Positions 27,504-40,450 of a DNA stretch of 64,000 nt are shown here, piece by piece (within the stretch, counting starts at the first letter, position 1; every line of letters starts with the position of its first letter). Source of the stretch: Octopus sinensis (taxonomy: Eukaryota); the NCBI RefSeq assembly GCF_006345805.1, contig NC_043008.1, forward strand, positions 20,398,001 through 20,462,000, given 5' to 3'. Under the pieces are notes generated by a model, which was given only the letters and a program-made list of their open reading frames with translations, was not told where the DNA came from and did no database searches. The position numbers were made by a program, and so were the translations under genes.

Positions 27504-28401
27504 TCGTTATCTATTTTTTTCTAAGATTTTCGTTCCTTCTTGCAACGAAACCGTTGCAATAATTAATATATTCACCGTTCTTGCAACGTTTAAAATGTTA
27601 ATTAATATGGCATTAAAACATAATGACTCTCTCCAGGCACAATTAATTATGCTGTAAGAAACGAATTCACATAGAGATTCTCGCAAACGAAATACAAAAA
27701 CGAAATATATATATATATACTTGTATATGTGTGTGCATGTGTGTGTGTGTGTGTGTGTGCGTTTGTATTTGAGTGCGTATGTGTGTGTTCTGGAGAAAGT
27801 TATTCGGACGAAAAGTGTTCATTTCATTATCGCATAAGCGGTGGATGTGAAGAAACTCACAGACGAATCAAAGCCACAATTTAAGTTAAATGTCGCATAG
27901 AATGACGTCGTATGGATCGGTATTTGGGGTTTCGAATACATAAAATTAATAGTTAATGTGAGAGGGAAACATCAATAGAAAATGCTTTATTATTTGGCAT
28001 CTAAAAAGGATGAACTGTAAATTGATAGCTAGGTAGAATAACGTCTCACAAACCGATAGTGGTTACATTATTAAGTATTTTATTGAAGATAAAGGAATTA
28101 ACAGATTCGTTATTATAGGTATATTTTTTGTTGTCGCTATCACATTACAATAGGGGAAAAACAAAGGAAAATCTGTTTATCCCTAAGATTAAATTAGTAT
28201 TGCAGATTTAAATCAGAGATGATTAAGAAATATCGCGTAAATTCCCGATGACCAATAAATATATCGTTTTTAACAAGCATAACAAGAACTATAAAGGCTT
28301 TCTGAGCTCCGTCCATCACTCATTCGTTATTTGTGCAAAGTAGAAAATGATGTGAAGGGAAGTAACGTCTGAAGTAGATCAAAGAGGAAGCGAGCATAAT
28401 T

Positions 28402-29330
28402 ATGTGGTGTGGCTGTGTGGTGTGTTATGACGGTATAGTAAGAAGTTTGGTTCAAAACCAAATGACTCCAGATTCAGTCCTACTGTGACGCACCTTGAGT
28501 AGATCTCTTCTACAATAGCCTCGAGCTGACCAAAATTTCGGTAGTGGATTTGGAAGACAAAAACTGAAAGAAACCTCGCGTATGTGTGTGTGTGTACATA
28601 TATGCATGTATGTATGTATGTATGTATGTATGTATGTATGTATGTATGTATGTATGTATGTATGATGTATGTATGTTTGAATGTATGTATGTGTATGTAT
28701 GTATGCATATATGCATGGTGAAGGCGCATGGCTCAGTGGTTAGCGCGTCAAGCTTGCGACCCTGAGGTTGTGAGTTCGAATCCCGGACCGGGCTGCGTGT
28801 TGTGTTCTTGAGAGAGACACTTTATTCCACGTTGGTCCAGTTCACTGAGCTGTAGAAATGAGTTGCGACAATACTGGTGCCAAGCTGTATCGGCCTTCGC
28901 CTTTCCCTTAGATAACACTGGTGGCGTGGAGAGGGGAGGCTGGTATGCACGGGCGACTGCTGGTCTTCCATAAATAACTTTGCCCGGACATGCGCCTGGG
29001 AGGGTATCTTTCTAGGTGCAATCCCATGGTCAGCCTTGAACGAAGGGGGCATCAGATTTCAGATGCATGTGTGTGTACATATATGTATGTATGTACGTAT
29101 GTATGCATGAGTGTGTTTGTGTATGTGTCCCCTAACACCGCTTCACGACTAGTGCTCGTATGTTTACGTCTGCGTAAATTAGTGATTGTGCAAGAGTGAC
29201 CGATAGACTACGTACAGGTCTTTAAAAAGAAATAGTACTGGGGTTGCTTTATTCGGATAAAATTCTTCAAAGCAGTGCCTCAGTATTGCCGCAGACTAAT
29301 GACTGAAACAAGTAAAAGAATAAAAGAGCA
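28402..29330 (+). mobile_element. SINE family A split by a family B SINE (28718-29045) inserted in its internal (TATG)n tract
   Basis: A head, microsatellite, complete B copy, microsatellite, A 3' half with AAAAGA tail. Confidence 0.85.
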
Positions 29331-30093
29331 AAATATCTGTAGCAGCTTTTTCACAACTTATATTACAAGTATACGACTGTTAGACAACAAACAAATATCA
29401 GATTTCCTGCTGCTTTCTAGAGATTCTATCACATCACTAGATAAACAGTAAATAAATGGACGAGACTCTCCATATTATTTAGTCTGGTAGTAAAATATAA
29501 ATGGTTGCAAACGGTAAGACTATAAAACAATACGTAAGGGAGCGATTCTTTTCGTGTTCTATTCCGATCTCTTGCTGTATTGATTTCTACCAAAACAGCA
29601 GCGAAGGAGAGAATACTGGTCTGGACAAATTCTTTTGAAATTAAAGTTATGGCCGTTCTGTACTTAAAACAAGTTCATATTCCTATATTTACTAAGACCA
29701 ATAAAGTTATGTATTGACGGTGGGATCTATCTATTAAACTCCTTTCTTAGAAATATTTGTCTTGGTGTCAGGCCACAACATTATTATTTCGTTTCGTTCC
29801 AGTTAAGAGCGCCATTAACTCACTTTGCTTTGTATAGATATTTCGTGCTTCTTTTGCACATTCCCTTTGATCTAGACGACTAGATTTCGTAAATATTGAG
29901 CTTCTGATAATAATATTTGATGAAAATCTAAAGCAAACGGAATTCCTGTCATACCCCGAGTTTAAATCCCTTCATAACTTCAGAAAAGTGTCTAACTTTC
30001 GTCGGTAGCTCCCTCATCATTTGACTAATTCTCAGCTTAGTCAAATACTTTCCTGTCCACTCTTTATTGAAGAGTAGATCTACCGAACCTTAC

Positions 30094-30162
30094 CTGTGTA
30101 GAATCATCATAAGTGATGAAAGTAAGTTCTCTATAAGCATATCGAACGAAAACGACAGCCAA
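30094..30162 (-). CDS. Candidate internal exon, 69 nt, phase 0-0 (LAVVFVRYAYRELTFITYDDSTQ)
   Basis: Acceptor ggttttaccattttag, donor CAG|gtaagg; open frame; product not recognised. Confidence 0.4.
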
Positions 30163-31581
30163 CTAAAATGGTAAAACCAACAAGTACTAGGCCCCAAAAC
30201 AACAATTCTCTTTGTTTGGTGGGATATGATGAGTATAGTCTGTAATGACGTGTTAAACCAAAACGAAACGGTTAGTTCAGAGATGTATTGATGCTCGAAT
30301 GGTAGCATTACACAATAATTTGCAGAAGAAACGCTCATCATTGGTCCCTCTTAAAGGGAAGTTGCTCCGCTCTTAAAGGACGATGCATGACCACATATTA
30401 ACTAAGATAGGGAAGGATTATGGAATTAACTATTGACGTTTTCTTCGTCTAATTTACCCCTCCGACACTTTTCTGTCTAACTAATATCTCTTCAGATCAT
30501 TGCAACAATATTTAGATGGAAAATAGTCACTTAACTATGAAGAGGTTAAAATGATATCGAGTGTTCTTTGTTTAGTCATCTAAAGAATATTACGCCGGAA
30601 GGATCAACCACTCGCCAAATAGAAGAGATTATGTTATCATTATGTAGGGAACTATTATCCCGATTGAATACATCAATTACGACCAAAGAATCCCTTCCAT
30701 CTTTCCCATATTAAAATGTAACAATACTTTCTTTCCAGCCTGACATGTTCAAGTCAACGAGTTTTCGTGTTCGACTATCGCTTCATTTATTCAGATATCG
30801 TGTATTGCAGTATTTATTATGTAATGTCCCCTTAGGTTTGTTATCAAGTGACATTGATATGAGTTGAAATATGTTTATGTTTATCCTAGTCGATTGACAT
30901 GACTCACAGTGCCACTCTAATTGATTCTATATTTATACAGTAAGATATTTACTTTGGAATTCAATAGTGAGCTCATATTTCTACTACACATTCACCTGTG
31001 ATAAATAAATATGCATTTCGCTTGATTATATTTCAGAATCATATTACGCCGGATATTTCAAGATTACACGCGTGGATTAGAAGTCACGCATATTTAATTA
31101 GAAGATGCCGAATATCTTCCACAAATTCAAGAATAATCAAATTTCCTTATGAAATATGAATTACTCAAGAAACGAGAAAATATAAATATTGCAATTAAGG
31201 AACCAAGACTACAAAATTTTAAGAATATTGTGAATATTGCAATAAAGACAAAATAAAAACGTAATATTCGAATAACGTGAGGAATGCTATCAATTTAAAT
31301 TCTTTAAAAATTTCATAATTGCTTTCCGAACAAGAAATCGTACATGTAAGAGCACATTTTAACACACATTACTAAATTAAAGATAGGACCAAAATACATG
31401 AAGTTCTGCATGAAAGACCACTAATTACGACATACACACTCAGACCTACACACATACACACACGAACACGCTTCCTCCGCACGCACACACACCTATAGAT
31501 ATAATATACAATATATATACGCAATATATACATTGCAAACAAACATGCATATATCCAACTTTTTTTACAATGTACACATAT

Positions 31582-31972
31582 AGCGCAGGAGTGGCTGTGT
31601 GGTAAGTAGCTTGTTTACCAATCACATGGTTCCGGGTTCAGTCTCACTGCGTGGCACCTTGGGCAAGTCTCTTCTACTATAGCCTCTGGATGACCAATGC
31701 CTTGTGAGTGGATTTGGTAGACGGAAACTGAAAGAAACCCGTCGTATATATGTATATATATATATATATATGCGTGTGTATGTTTGTGTGTGTCCCCCTA
31801 GCATTGACAACCGATGCTGGTGTGCTTATGACTCCGTTACTTTGCGGTTCGGCAAAAGAGACCGATAGAATAAGTACTGGGCTTACAAAAGAATAAGTCC
31901 CGGGGTTGATTTGCTCGATTAAAGGTGGTGCTCCAGCATGGCCGCAGTCAAATGACTGAAACAAGTAAAAAA
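31582..31972 (+). mobile_element. Full-length SINE family A
   Basis: Complete head, microsatellite and 3' end. Confidence 0.92.
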
Positions 31973-32030
31973 GGGGAAAAAATAGGGAAATATGTGAATA
32001 TAAGTATATATATATGTATATATATATACT

Positions 32031-32071
<41 letters not shown>

Positions 32072-32085
32072 ATATATACACATAT

Positions 32086-32172
32086 ATGGAGACGCAATGG
32101 TCCAGTGGTTAGGGCAGCGGACTCGCGGTTTTGATTCCCAGACCGGGCGTTGTGTGTATTTATTGAGCGAAA
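32086..32172 (+). mobile_element. SINE family C head
   Basis: TGGAGACGCAATGGTCCAGTGGTTAGGGCAGCGG...TTGATTCCCAGACCGGG; reverse-strand copy at 33505-33580. Confidence 0.75.
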
Positions 32173-32957
32173 ATGACTGAAACAAGGAAAAGAGTAAAAG
32201 AGAGTAATGAGTATATTACCGATATTGGAATGACGAAACGAAAACAAACAAAAAAAATCACCCAACCGTTCTTCTCATTGATTAAGATCTAACACAAAAA
32301 AGACCATAACATTTTTTCCTCTTTGGCAGTCTACAATTGGAAGAACCAATTACACATTTCTATTCCTCTACGCTGTGGCTGAAGAGAGGAAGATATCCCA
32401 GATGGAGACCTTTACCGAAAGCTTGCTTAAGAATACTTTTCAGTAACAGCATGCAACGAAAGTGATACAATGTTAAACATAGCAACATATAGATTAAATC
32501 GGGTTCCTTAAACAGGGTAACCAAATATTTTCTGTCACAGAAATTTCTCTTGCAGAGCTTTATCATAACTGAATATTTGCTCGGATTTCCAAACTACCTG
32601 ATAATGGTAAATATTGGTAAATATCTCTGAAATTACACTGTGCGTCACTCTTGATAGATATATGCATCTCCTTCATTCTATTCTTTATAAAATTACATCG
32701 TATGTGACGTATAATATTTAATATTACATGTAGCTCTAGTATTTACCAATCGTTGAATTTCAGAAATACGCTTTCTGCATGTTATATAAGATTGAGCGTT
32801 TGCTCTAGCTTCTTCTCGACTAATGTATGTGTATGTGAGTGTATGTATATGTAAATATGTGTGTGTGAGTCTGTGTGTGTATATATATATATAATATGTA
32901 TATATATACATACAAACATATATATACATATACATATATATATATAATATATATATA

Positions 32958-33004
<47 letters not shown>

Positions 33005-33196
33005 TATAAATAGATGAGTGTATTTTACCTTTTTAACAATTAACACGGAAAAAAATAAATAGTTACCAGGGCAGCAAAAATAAGTAAAGGTGTTGTAACT
33101 CCTTGTTTATAAAGGTAGAAACTTCGTGTTTACGTTGAATATTTTGAATAATATGAATAAAAAATGGAGTTAACGCAGGTGTAAACAAATATTTTT

Positions 33197-33282
33197 ACTT
33201 TCGACACATGTTTCGGAAATTCCACTGATACTATTCAAAAGAATAAATGGTATAAACAATGCAATCTTCTCCTAAGGAAAGT
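33197..33282 (-). ncRNA. Hammerhead homologue of 26917-27001 with one core substitution (CUUAGGA)
   Basis: Stem I ACUUUC/GAAAGU, long imperfect stem II, GAAA-CAUGUG-UC. Confidence 0.6.
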
Positions 33283-33504
33283 GAAAAAAACGAAACTCGT
33301 CAAAAAGACATTTTAGCAAAAAATGATGGATTTGTATAGCGATAGACAGAACGCTATTAATATTGTTTAAAAAAACCTTATATGATATAACGTCATAAGT
33401 AGCTACCAGAAAGAGTAGGGATATTAATAGTGAATGTTAAATATAAAGGAAATTAAAATTTAAATTATATATAATGATAGAGACTACTTATGCATATAAG
33501 TAGT

Positions 33505-33580
33505 CTCGGTCTGGGAATCGCAACCGCGATCCTATGACCGCGGGTCCGCTGCCCTAACCACTGGGCCATTGCGCCTCCAC
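33505..33580 (-). mobile_element. SINE family C head
   Basis: Reverse complement TGGAGGCGCAATGGCCCAGTGGTTAGGGCAGCGG...GCGATTCCCAGACCG. Confidence 0.8.
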
Positions 33581-35254
33581 TCACGATACATATCGGGAAT
33601 GAGATAATTCGAGAATGGAATTGACAGAATGACGTTGCCGATAAATACTTAAACAAGCTCATCTGGGCCATACATCTTGCAAGATTCACTGCTGCCGAGT
33701 TGTAACCAAGTTATGGGGAAAGGAGACTCGGAAGGCCTCCACCTCAATGAGAAGGCGATTTAGCTAAACGACTTCTCCTGAGATGGAAAACAATGGTGCA
33801 ATAAAGAAAGAATTAAAAGTTCCTTGTGACCAGCGATGTATAACAACATCTGATAGTCTGACAAATACAGCGAGGCAGTGATATAGTGATGTGTATACAT
33901 GTATGTATACGTGCACACGCATATCCACTCTACGCAGGTATTAAGCATTCAAAAAGAAAACGGTAACAAAACAAAAATAATCGTCTTAGACTGATACTTG
34001 TAGAAGCAGAATCAGAATTAGAATTCATTAACACCTCAAAGCAAAAGATCTCACATTGTATCAGTAATCTATTGTTTCGGAACAACTGCCAGTTTTATGT
34101 GAATAATACTGTCTTGTTAAAGATAAACGTAGTTGCTAATTAGCTACATGAATAATTGATCAATAAACAAAGTCTAACTGACATTACGACGTGTAGAACA
34201 AGTCGCCACTTATTTTATCCGAAACATTGCCAAGTTTCTTAATTTCACCTGACATCGTTTTGAAATCATAAAAACAAATACATTTTCCTATTAAATTAGA
34301 TTTGCTGCCCGGTTTCTGTCTTTCAGAATATCCTTTCCCCGCCATTGTTGTGAAAGACATTGAAAATGTTATAGGTACAGGAAAGACATTACCTTGTATT
34401 TAACATTTGTGCAATATTACTGAGATAAAAACATTGTAATTGATAGAGCAAAGCTATATCAAATAGATATATTTTAAACAAGAGTTAATTCTTTGGCGAA
34501 GGATAATTGTCCATTCGGTGTTGTTGCTCTAAATACATTTGCATATAATGCAAATTATCATTGGGACACCGGATGCACTGATATTTCATTCCTCTTTACC
34601 TCTACATATTTAGCGTTTGCGAATTAGGAGAATTGGTTTAGCCTCGGATACAAAGTCCAGCGGTATGTGTTCAGACGATCTAGAATAGATGCGGTGTTTG
34701 ACTTTGTTCTATGCTCTCGGTGTTCAAATGCAGTCTTTAGAGTCTTTGGTCGAGAACTTAATCTTTCATTTGGTTTAAAAACACCTCTGGCACAATATGA
34801 GTTTTTAATGAGACCATTCTATTAAAAGCATTCGTGTAAGATTTCGGATTTGAAAAAATCTTCCACCCTTCACCTCACCAATCTTTCAAAAATAGTAAAG
34901 GGCGATTTGCACTACATTCCTTTCTCACGAAAGGACGTGTGTGTGTGTGTGCGTATGTACGTATTTGTGTGTCTGTCTGTATAGCTATAAACACAAGCGC
35001 ACACACGCACACCCGTACACATACACACACACATATATATATGTTGCATAATAGAGATATACACGTTGTATGTATATGCACAAATATATTTTGCACACAC
35101 ACACATATATATACATATATACACATACATACATAAATATCACGTTCATGTTGAAATTCCAATGAAGGAGCCTTGGATTTAGGTTACAAACTGGTTATTT
35201 CTCTATTGGAAAGAAATCTTCAAATAAAACTGAATAATGACATGCATACATACA

Positions 35255-35875
35255 TCTTACTAAAATGGGCGTTATGTCCGTCTGTCTGCTCGTCTGTCCA
35301 TATGTCCATGTGTTCCCTCTTCACGGTCAAACGGTTGGACCAATTTTCACGATAGTTTTCGGGATTACGAAGGAGGTAACTAGGAAGACTTGTAGCAAAA
35401 AAAAAATAAGAAAAAAAACACGTGAGAAAATATGATTATTTAGGTGATATTAAGTTTTGTATTAATAGATCTCCTTTGATTTCTTTTTGTTAAAATTCCG
35501 TCGACGAGATTTAATTATGGATTCCACTCCAGCCCCCGTATAGTTCGTGAATTTAGAGGGCTTAGATTTGCGATACTATCCCTTTATTTCCCATCGTAGA
35601 TGGGCAGATTTGTTACGTTACTATAATGGGCGTTTTTTTCGTCCCGCTGCCCGTCTGTCCGTCTCTTTTTCTGTTCCCTCTTCACGGCCAGACGCCAAGG
35701 ATTACAAAGACGGCAGCCAGGAAGATTTTTAACATTAAAACTCAGGAAGTATGATTATTTCTGTGGATATTGATTTTTGAATTGATAAACCGCCTTCGCT
35801 TTTTTATTACAAATTCACAAGTAACTCTGGATTTTCACCGTATAGTTCGTGTCCCCATTGTAGATACGAAGACTG
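35255..35875 (+). mobile_element. Two diverged tandem units (~360-bp period) of a Helitron-like non-autonomous element
   Basis: Starts a|TCTTACTAAAATGGGC followed by GTCY-type repeats; shared blocks GTTCCCTCTTCACGG, ATGATTATTT, CCGTATAGTTCGTG and CCCATYGTAGAT in both units. The Helitron assignment is inference. Confidence 0.5.
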
Positions 35876-35964
35876 TCGCGATGATATTTAATAGCAGAAA
35901 TAAAATCGAAAAAATGTGTCAGTATATAGTGTGTGCGATTATTTAGCGGTTATTGAAGGACTTT

Positions 35965-36090
35965 TCTTTGTAAGCCTAGTACTTATTCTATCGGTCGCTT
36001 GTGCCGAACCGCTAAGTTAAGGGGATATAAACACACCAACATTGGCTGTCAAGTGATGGTATGGGGGACAGACACAGACACACAAACATA
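35965..36090 (-). mobile_element. 3' half of SINE family A
   Basis: TTTGTAAGCCTAGTACTTATTCTATCGGTC...GCCGAACCGCTAAG. Confidence 0.8.
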
Positions 36091-36257
36091 AATATATATA
36101 CACAGGTCGCCAGCCACTACACATTTTTTATTTTCTCTCCTTGTTTCTTTCTGTGTTCCTTTCTGTGGAAGAGCATAGGCTGGAAACGTTAAAGACTTTT
36201 TCAATTCCCGAGCGTTATACTAATACATCTCTTTGTTGTCTACACCACCTCTCTTAG

Positions 36258-36570
36258 TATTTTGCTTTAATCGTTTATTACTGTTCTTATTTCATTATTA
36301 TTTTAAAACTCATGTCCATTGTCCGGAAATCTTTCGCCACGCATCTGTGACCTCTTCAGCGACATTTTCGTTTTTGTGTCTGTTTTTGCTCCACTTATTC
36401 CATTCTGTCAGAATGGAGCAAGTGGAGCAAGAACACACACGAAAACGAACACACACGAAAACTAAAAGTTTCGCTGAAGAGGTCACACATGTGTGACGAA
36501 ATATTTCCGGACAATGGACATGAATTAAAATAATAAAATAAGAACAGCAATAAACGATTAAAGAAAAATA
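36258..36570. repeat. Imperfect ~310-bp palindrome centred at 36408, each arm carrying a hammerhead-like core
   Basis: CCATTCTG-t-CAGAATGG centre; CTGAAGA..GAAA on plus (36474-36501) and on minus (36332-36359). Confidence 0.8.
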
Positions 36571-36859
36571 TATAGTGCGTGTGTTTAATTCGAAAAAAAA
36601 CATTGATCGTCCCGATATACAACAATATCTGTTTCAACACATGATTTCACATCAAGAATCTTGCAACTCGAAATGATAAACATAATAACACAGGTTATTC
36701 TTTCCCCAAAATATATTCCGTCCAACGGCATTAGTTGAATGCTTCATAAAATAACTTCTCTTTCGTATATACTGTGGGGATGCACATGCGTAAGTGTTTG
36801 TGCGTCCGTATGTATGTATTTGTATGTATAGTCATGAGTATGTGTGGTGTGTGTGTGCG

Positions 36860-36926
<67 letters not shown>

Positions 36927-36935
36927 ATATATATA

Positions 36936-37011
<76 letters not shown>

Positions 37012-37809
37012 CTTACCTTCGAAACGCGGAGGAGACGAAACAGAGACAACTGAAGAAGGGGAATATTCCTTGTGTTGTATGTCTTGTACTCTGTTTTTTC
37101 GTTGTTTAAAAAAAGTCCGATTTCCATGTTTTTGTTTTTAAGGGACCAATTCCTCATTTTGTTCAACGTTTTTTTGTGTCCTGTACCCATATATGCATGT
37201 ATATATATATATACATATAGATGTAGGTATATACATATATGTATGTATATATCCATATGTTTATATATTATTTTGTTATATATATATATATATATATACT
37301 GCTTTTTTTTATTTAATCTAATTTTACTTAATATGATTTCTTCCAACGGTCAAAAGCATAAAATTCTATATTAATATTCTTACAGATCTCTTAGAATTCG
37401 TCTTGTTTTCTCTTGTTAATTAGGTTACATTGAGTGACATCAGAGAATAAGATATAATTCTCAGGTGACAAGAAACATATACCATATCTCTACAATTATT
37501 ACACTAATGGCATCTGATAAAAATGCGTCCCTTGACTATGAGTGATAATAAAGAGAAAGTGGTCTGGTAACTGTTGCTTGTCACAAACTTCCATTTCGTC
37601 TCAATGTATACACAATTTACTTAAAGCATATTATTTTTGAAACGGATGTCTTGCTTGCCAACTGATCTATAATTTTGGATAATTAATCGATCCAATGAAG
37701 TCTAAATGAAATATGATGCGTTTGTCTAGCGGCAGGCTATATCAAATACGTTTATATATATATATATATATACACACATAGATAGATACACACATAGATA
37801 GATACACAC

Positions 37810-37888
<79 letters not shown>

Positions 37889-39204
37889 TTATCTTTTACC
37901 TGTTTTAGTTGTTAGACTGGGGCCATGCTGGAGCACCGCATGATCAATTCATTGAAGACATGAAGATGGAAAATTAAAAGTTAATTATTTATTATTAAAA
38001 GAATGATAATCTTTTATATATATATATATATGCTGTGACTGCTGCTAATGCAGGGTGCATAATAACAACAGGCAAAACTTTCTTGACGGGAAAGTCTGAA
38101 AGAATTCGATACATGTATAATTGACAATATAGCTGCCAAGCATATAAAAATTCAATTCTCTGAAATGACAGTATTGTTTGTTTAGAAGCTAGGAAGTAAA
38201 ATATGAAAAAATATCAACTGAAATGTTATAACACCTGAACACAGTTTATCATATGACTTTTGTCGGGTGACATAACAGGGAAGTTCTTTTCACCATTCAT
38301 GTTAGAAGCAGCTACCATCTATCAATAAGCTATTGTTTCGAAATATCTTTTATTATCTGAATAATGCTGTCTTGAAACAAATAAACTGACTTCGTAATTA
38401 GCTTGGCGAACAGTTTATCAATCAACAAATTGAGATTGCAGTAACAGCACCAAAAACATGGCGCCATTTATTTTAATGTAATTATTGAGAGGTTTCGTAA
38501 TTTCCTTTAAGCATACTCTAGCATTTTCGAAAATTGTAACTACAAGTAGAATTTTCCGCTGGAATTGTTTCGCTGCGTTTTTATGGCCTTTAGGATATCA
38601 CTGGAATGCAGTTGGATGGAAAATGAACACAGACAGTCTACGTATGTTAAGTTCCATAGAGATCTTTCTTTAAATATTCATTAGAGCAAACAGTAAAACA
38701 GAGTCACTCATAGAGCTAACGCCTATGGAATAGACAACGTTTAAACTGGTGATCGTTCGCTTGTACAGAATGATTGATGTTTGTTTCTATTTAGTGACAT
38801 TGATTTACATAGCTTTACGTAAAAACATAAATTATCACTAAATCCAGACAACATAACACTTCTGTTCTTTTTTCCAATTTAGATCTAATTCACTTCTTCC
38901 CGACTGTCACTCTCTCTCTCTCTCTCTCTCTCTCTCCCCCCATATCCTCTCTCTATTCCTTATGCTCTCCTATTATAATTTTACTTATTTCCTACAATGG
39001 ACTGAGCTACCGTTCGGACACCGATTTCAAGGGATTCATCAGAAAAAAAATTAATCCCGGTATTTATCCGATTTAAACTTAGTGCTTAATCTATCTATCT
39101 TATTACCGCACCACTAAGTTATGGTGGCGTAAATAAAATAACACAAGATGTCAAGTGGTGTGGTATATACGCATATATACACAGCTGCCCGCCAGCATAT
39201 ACAC

Positions 39205-39274
<70 letters not shown>

Positions 39275-39284
39275 ATATACATAT

Positions 39285-39490
39285 ATATAATATAATTCGA
39301 GACAAAACCACTATTTTAAAACCAAACAAGGAAAGACTTAATCAATATATACAATTTTAATATAAATTGAATAAATAAATAAAATAAATAAAATAAATAA
39401 TTTATTTAATTATATTAAAATTTTATATATTGATTAAGTCTTTCCTTGTTTGGTTTTAAAATAGTGGTTTTGTCTCGAATTATATTATAT
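39285..39490. repeat. Inverted repeat with ~80-bp arms and short AT spacer
   Basis: TTCGAGACAAAACCACTATTTTAAAACCAAACAAGGAAAGACTTAATCAAT and its exact reverse complement; a third copy lies near 52478-52535. Confidence 0.9.
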
Positions 39491-39598
39491 AATATTTTAC
39501 TATAAAATTGGATTTAACCCTAAATCTGATTTTTCCCTGTAATTTTGGATAATATTTTACTATTATATATTTATTATTATATATTATTATATATTTAT

Positions 39599-39669
<71 letters not shown>

Positions 39670-39936
39670 ATATTTACATATATATATATATATTTACATA
39701 TATATATATATATATTTACATATATATATATAAATATGTATAAGTGTGTTTTTATCATATATGCATATATAAATATATAATATATATATATATATATATG
39801 GTGGTCAAAGTGTCTTGGAGGAATGTATTTTAAATAAATAAAACCAAGAAGGTAGTATGTTACCAAGTCATACTCCTTCACGCATGGAATGAATGCTTAG
39901 TGATGCAACAAGGAACAGGTTTCAGTTTCTGCTTAC

Positions 39937-40047
39937 CTGTTGCCCAACAAATTCAAATACAAATTTCTCTGCAGTTCTAATGTCCCATTTTATAAGCATC
40001 GCTCCTCCAAAAGAAATACATGAAACAATACCGGAATATTGTGGGAT
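39937..40047 (-). CDS. Candidate internal exon, 111 nt, phase 0-0 (IPQYSGIVSCISFGGAMLIKWDIRTAEKFVFEFVGQQ)
   Basis: Strong donor CAG|gtaagc; only one frame open; in-frame stop 12 nt upstream; the acceptor is the less common cattttAAG. Confidence 0.45.
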
Positions 40048-40244
40048 CTTAAAATGAGATCAATATTTATTTTCCCTTTAGCTAGGTGCAGCATATATAA
40101 ATTGCAGGCTGGATGAACGTGTTTGGTTCCAATTTTTCCCTAAGGATGTTAATTGTTTATCGAAATTAGATTATTTAATTTAGCTATTTCGATTATTTAT
40201 TGTTTTCTAGCTTGTTCTATTCTAAGCTATAAGTATCGTCTTCA

Positions 40245-40450
40245 AATTTTGGCACAATGCCAAAACGTTTGAGGGATAGGGTAGAAAGATTACATCGACC
40301 CCAGTACTCAACTGGTACTTATTTTATCGACCCCGAAAGGATGAAAAGCAGAGTCGACCTGCGCGGAATTTGAACTCAGAACGTGAGGAAAGACGAAATG
40401 CGGCAAAACCTTTTGCCCGGCGTGCTAACGATTCCGCCAGCTCGCCACCC
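40245..40450 (-). mobile_element. SINE family D
   Basis: GACCCCAGTACTCAACTGGTACTTATTTTATCGACCCCGAAAGGATGAAA...GGAATTTGAACTCAGAACG...CCAGCTCGCC. Confidence 0.88.

Noticed and set aside
39001-39050. Minus-strand CUGAUGA...GAAA motif
   Set aside because: No workable stem I and no valid NUH site in register.
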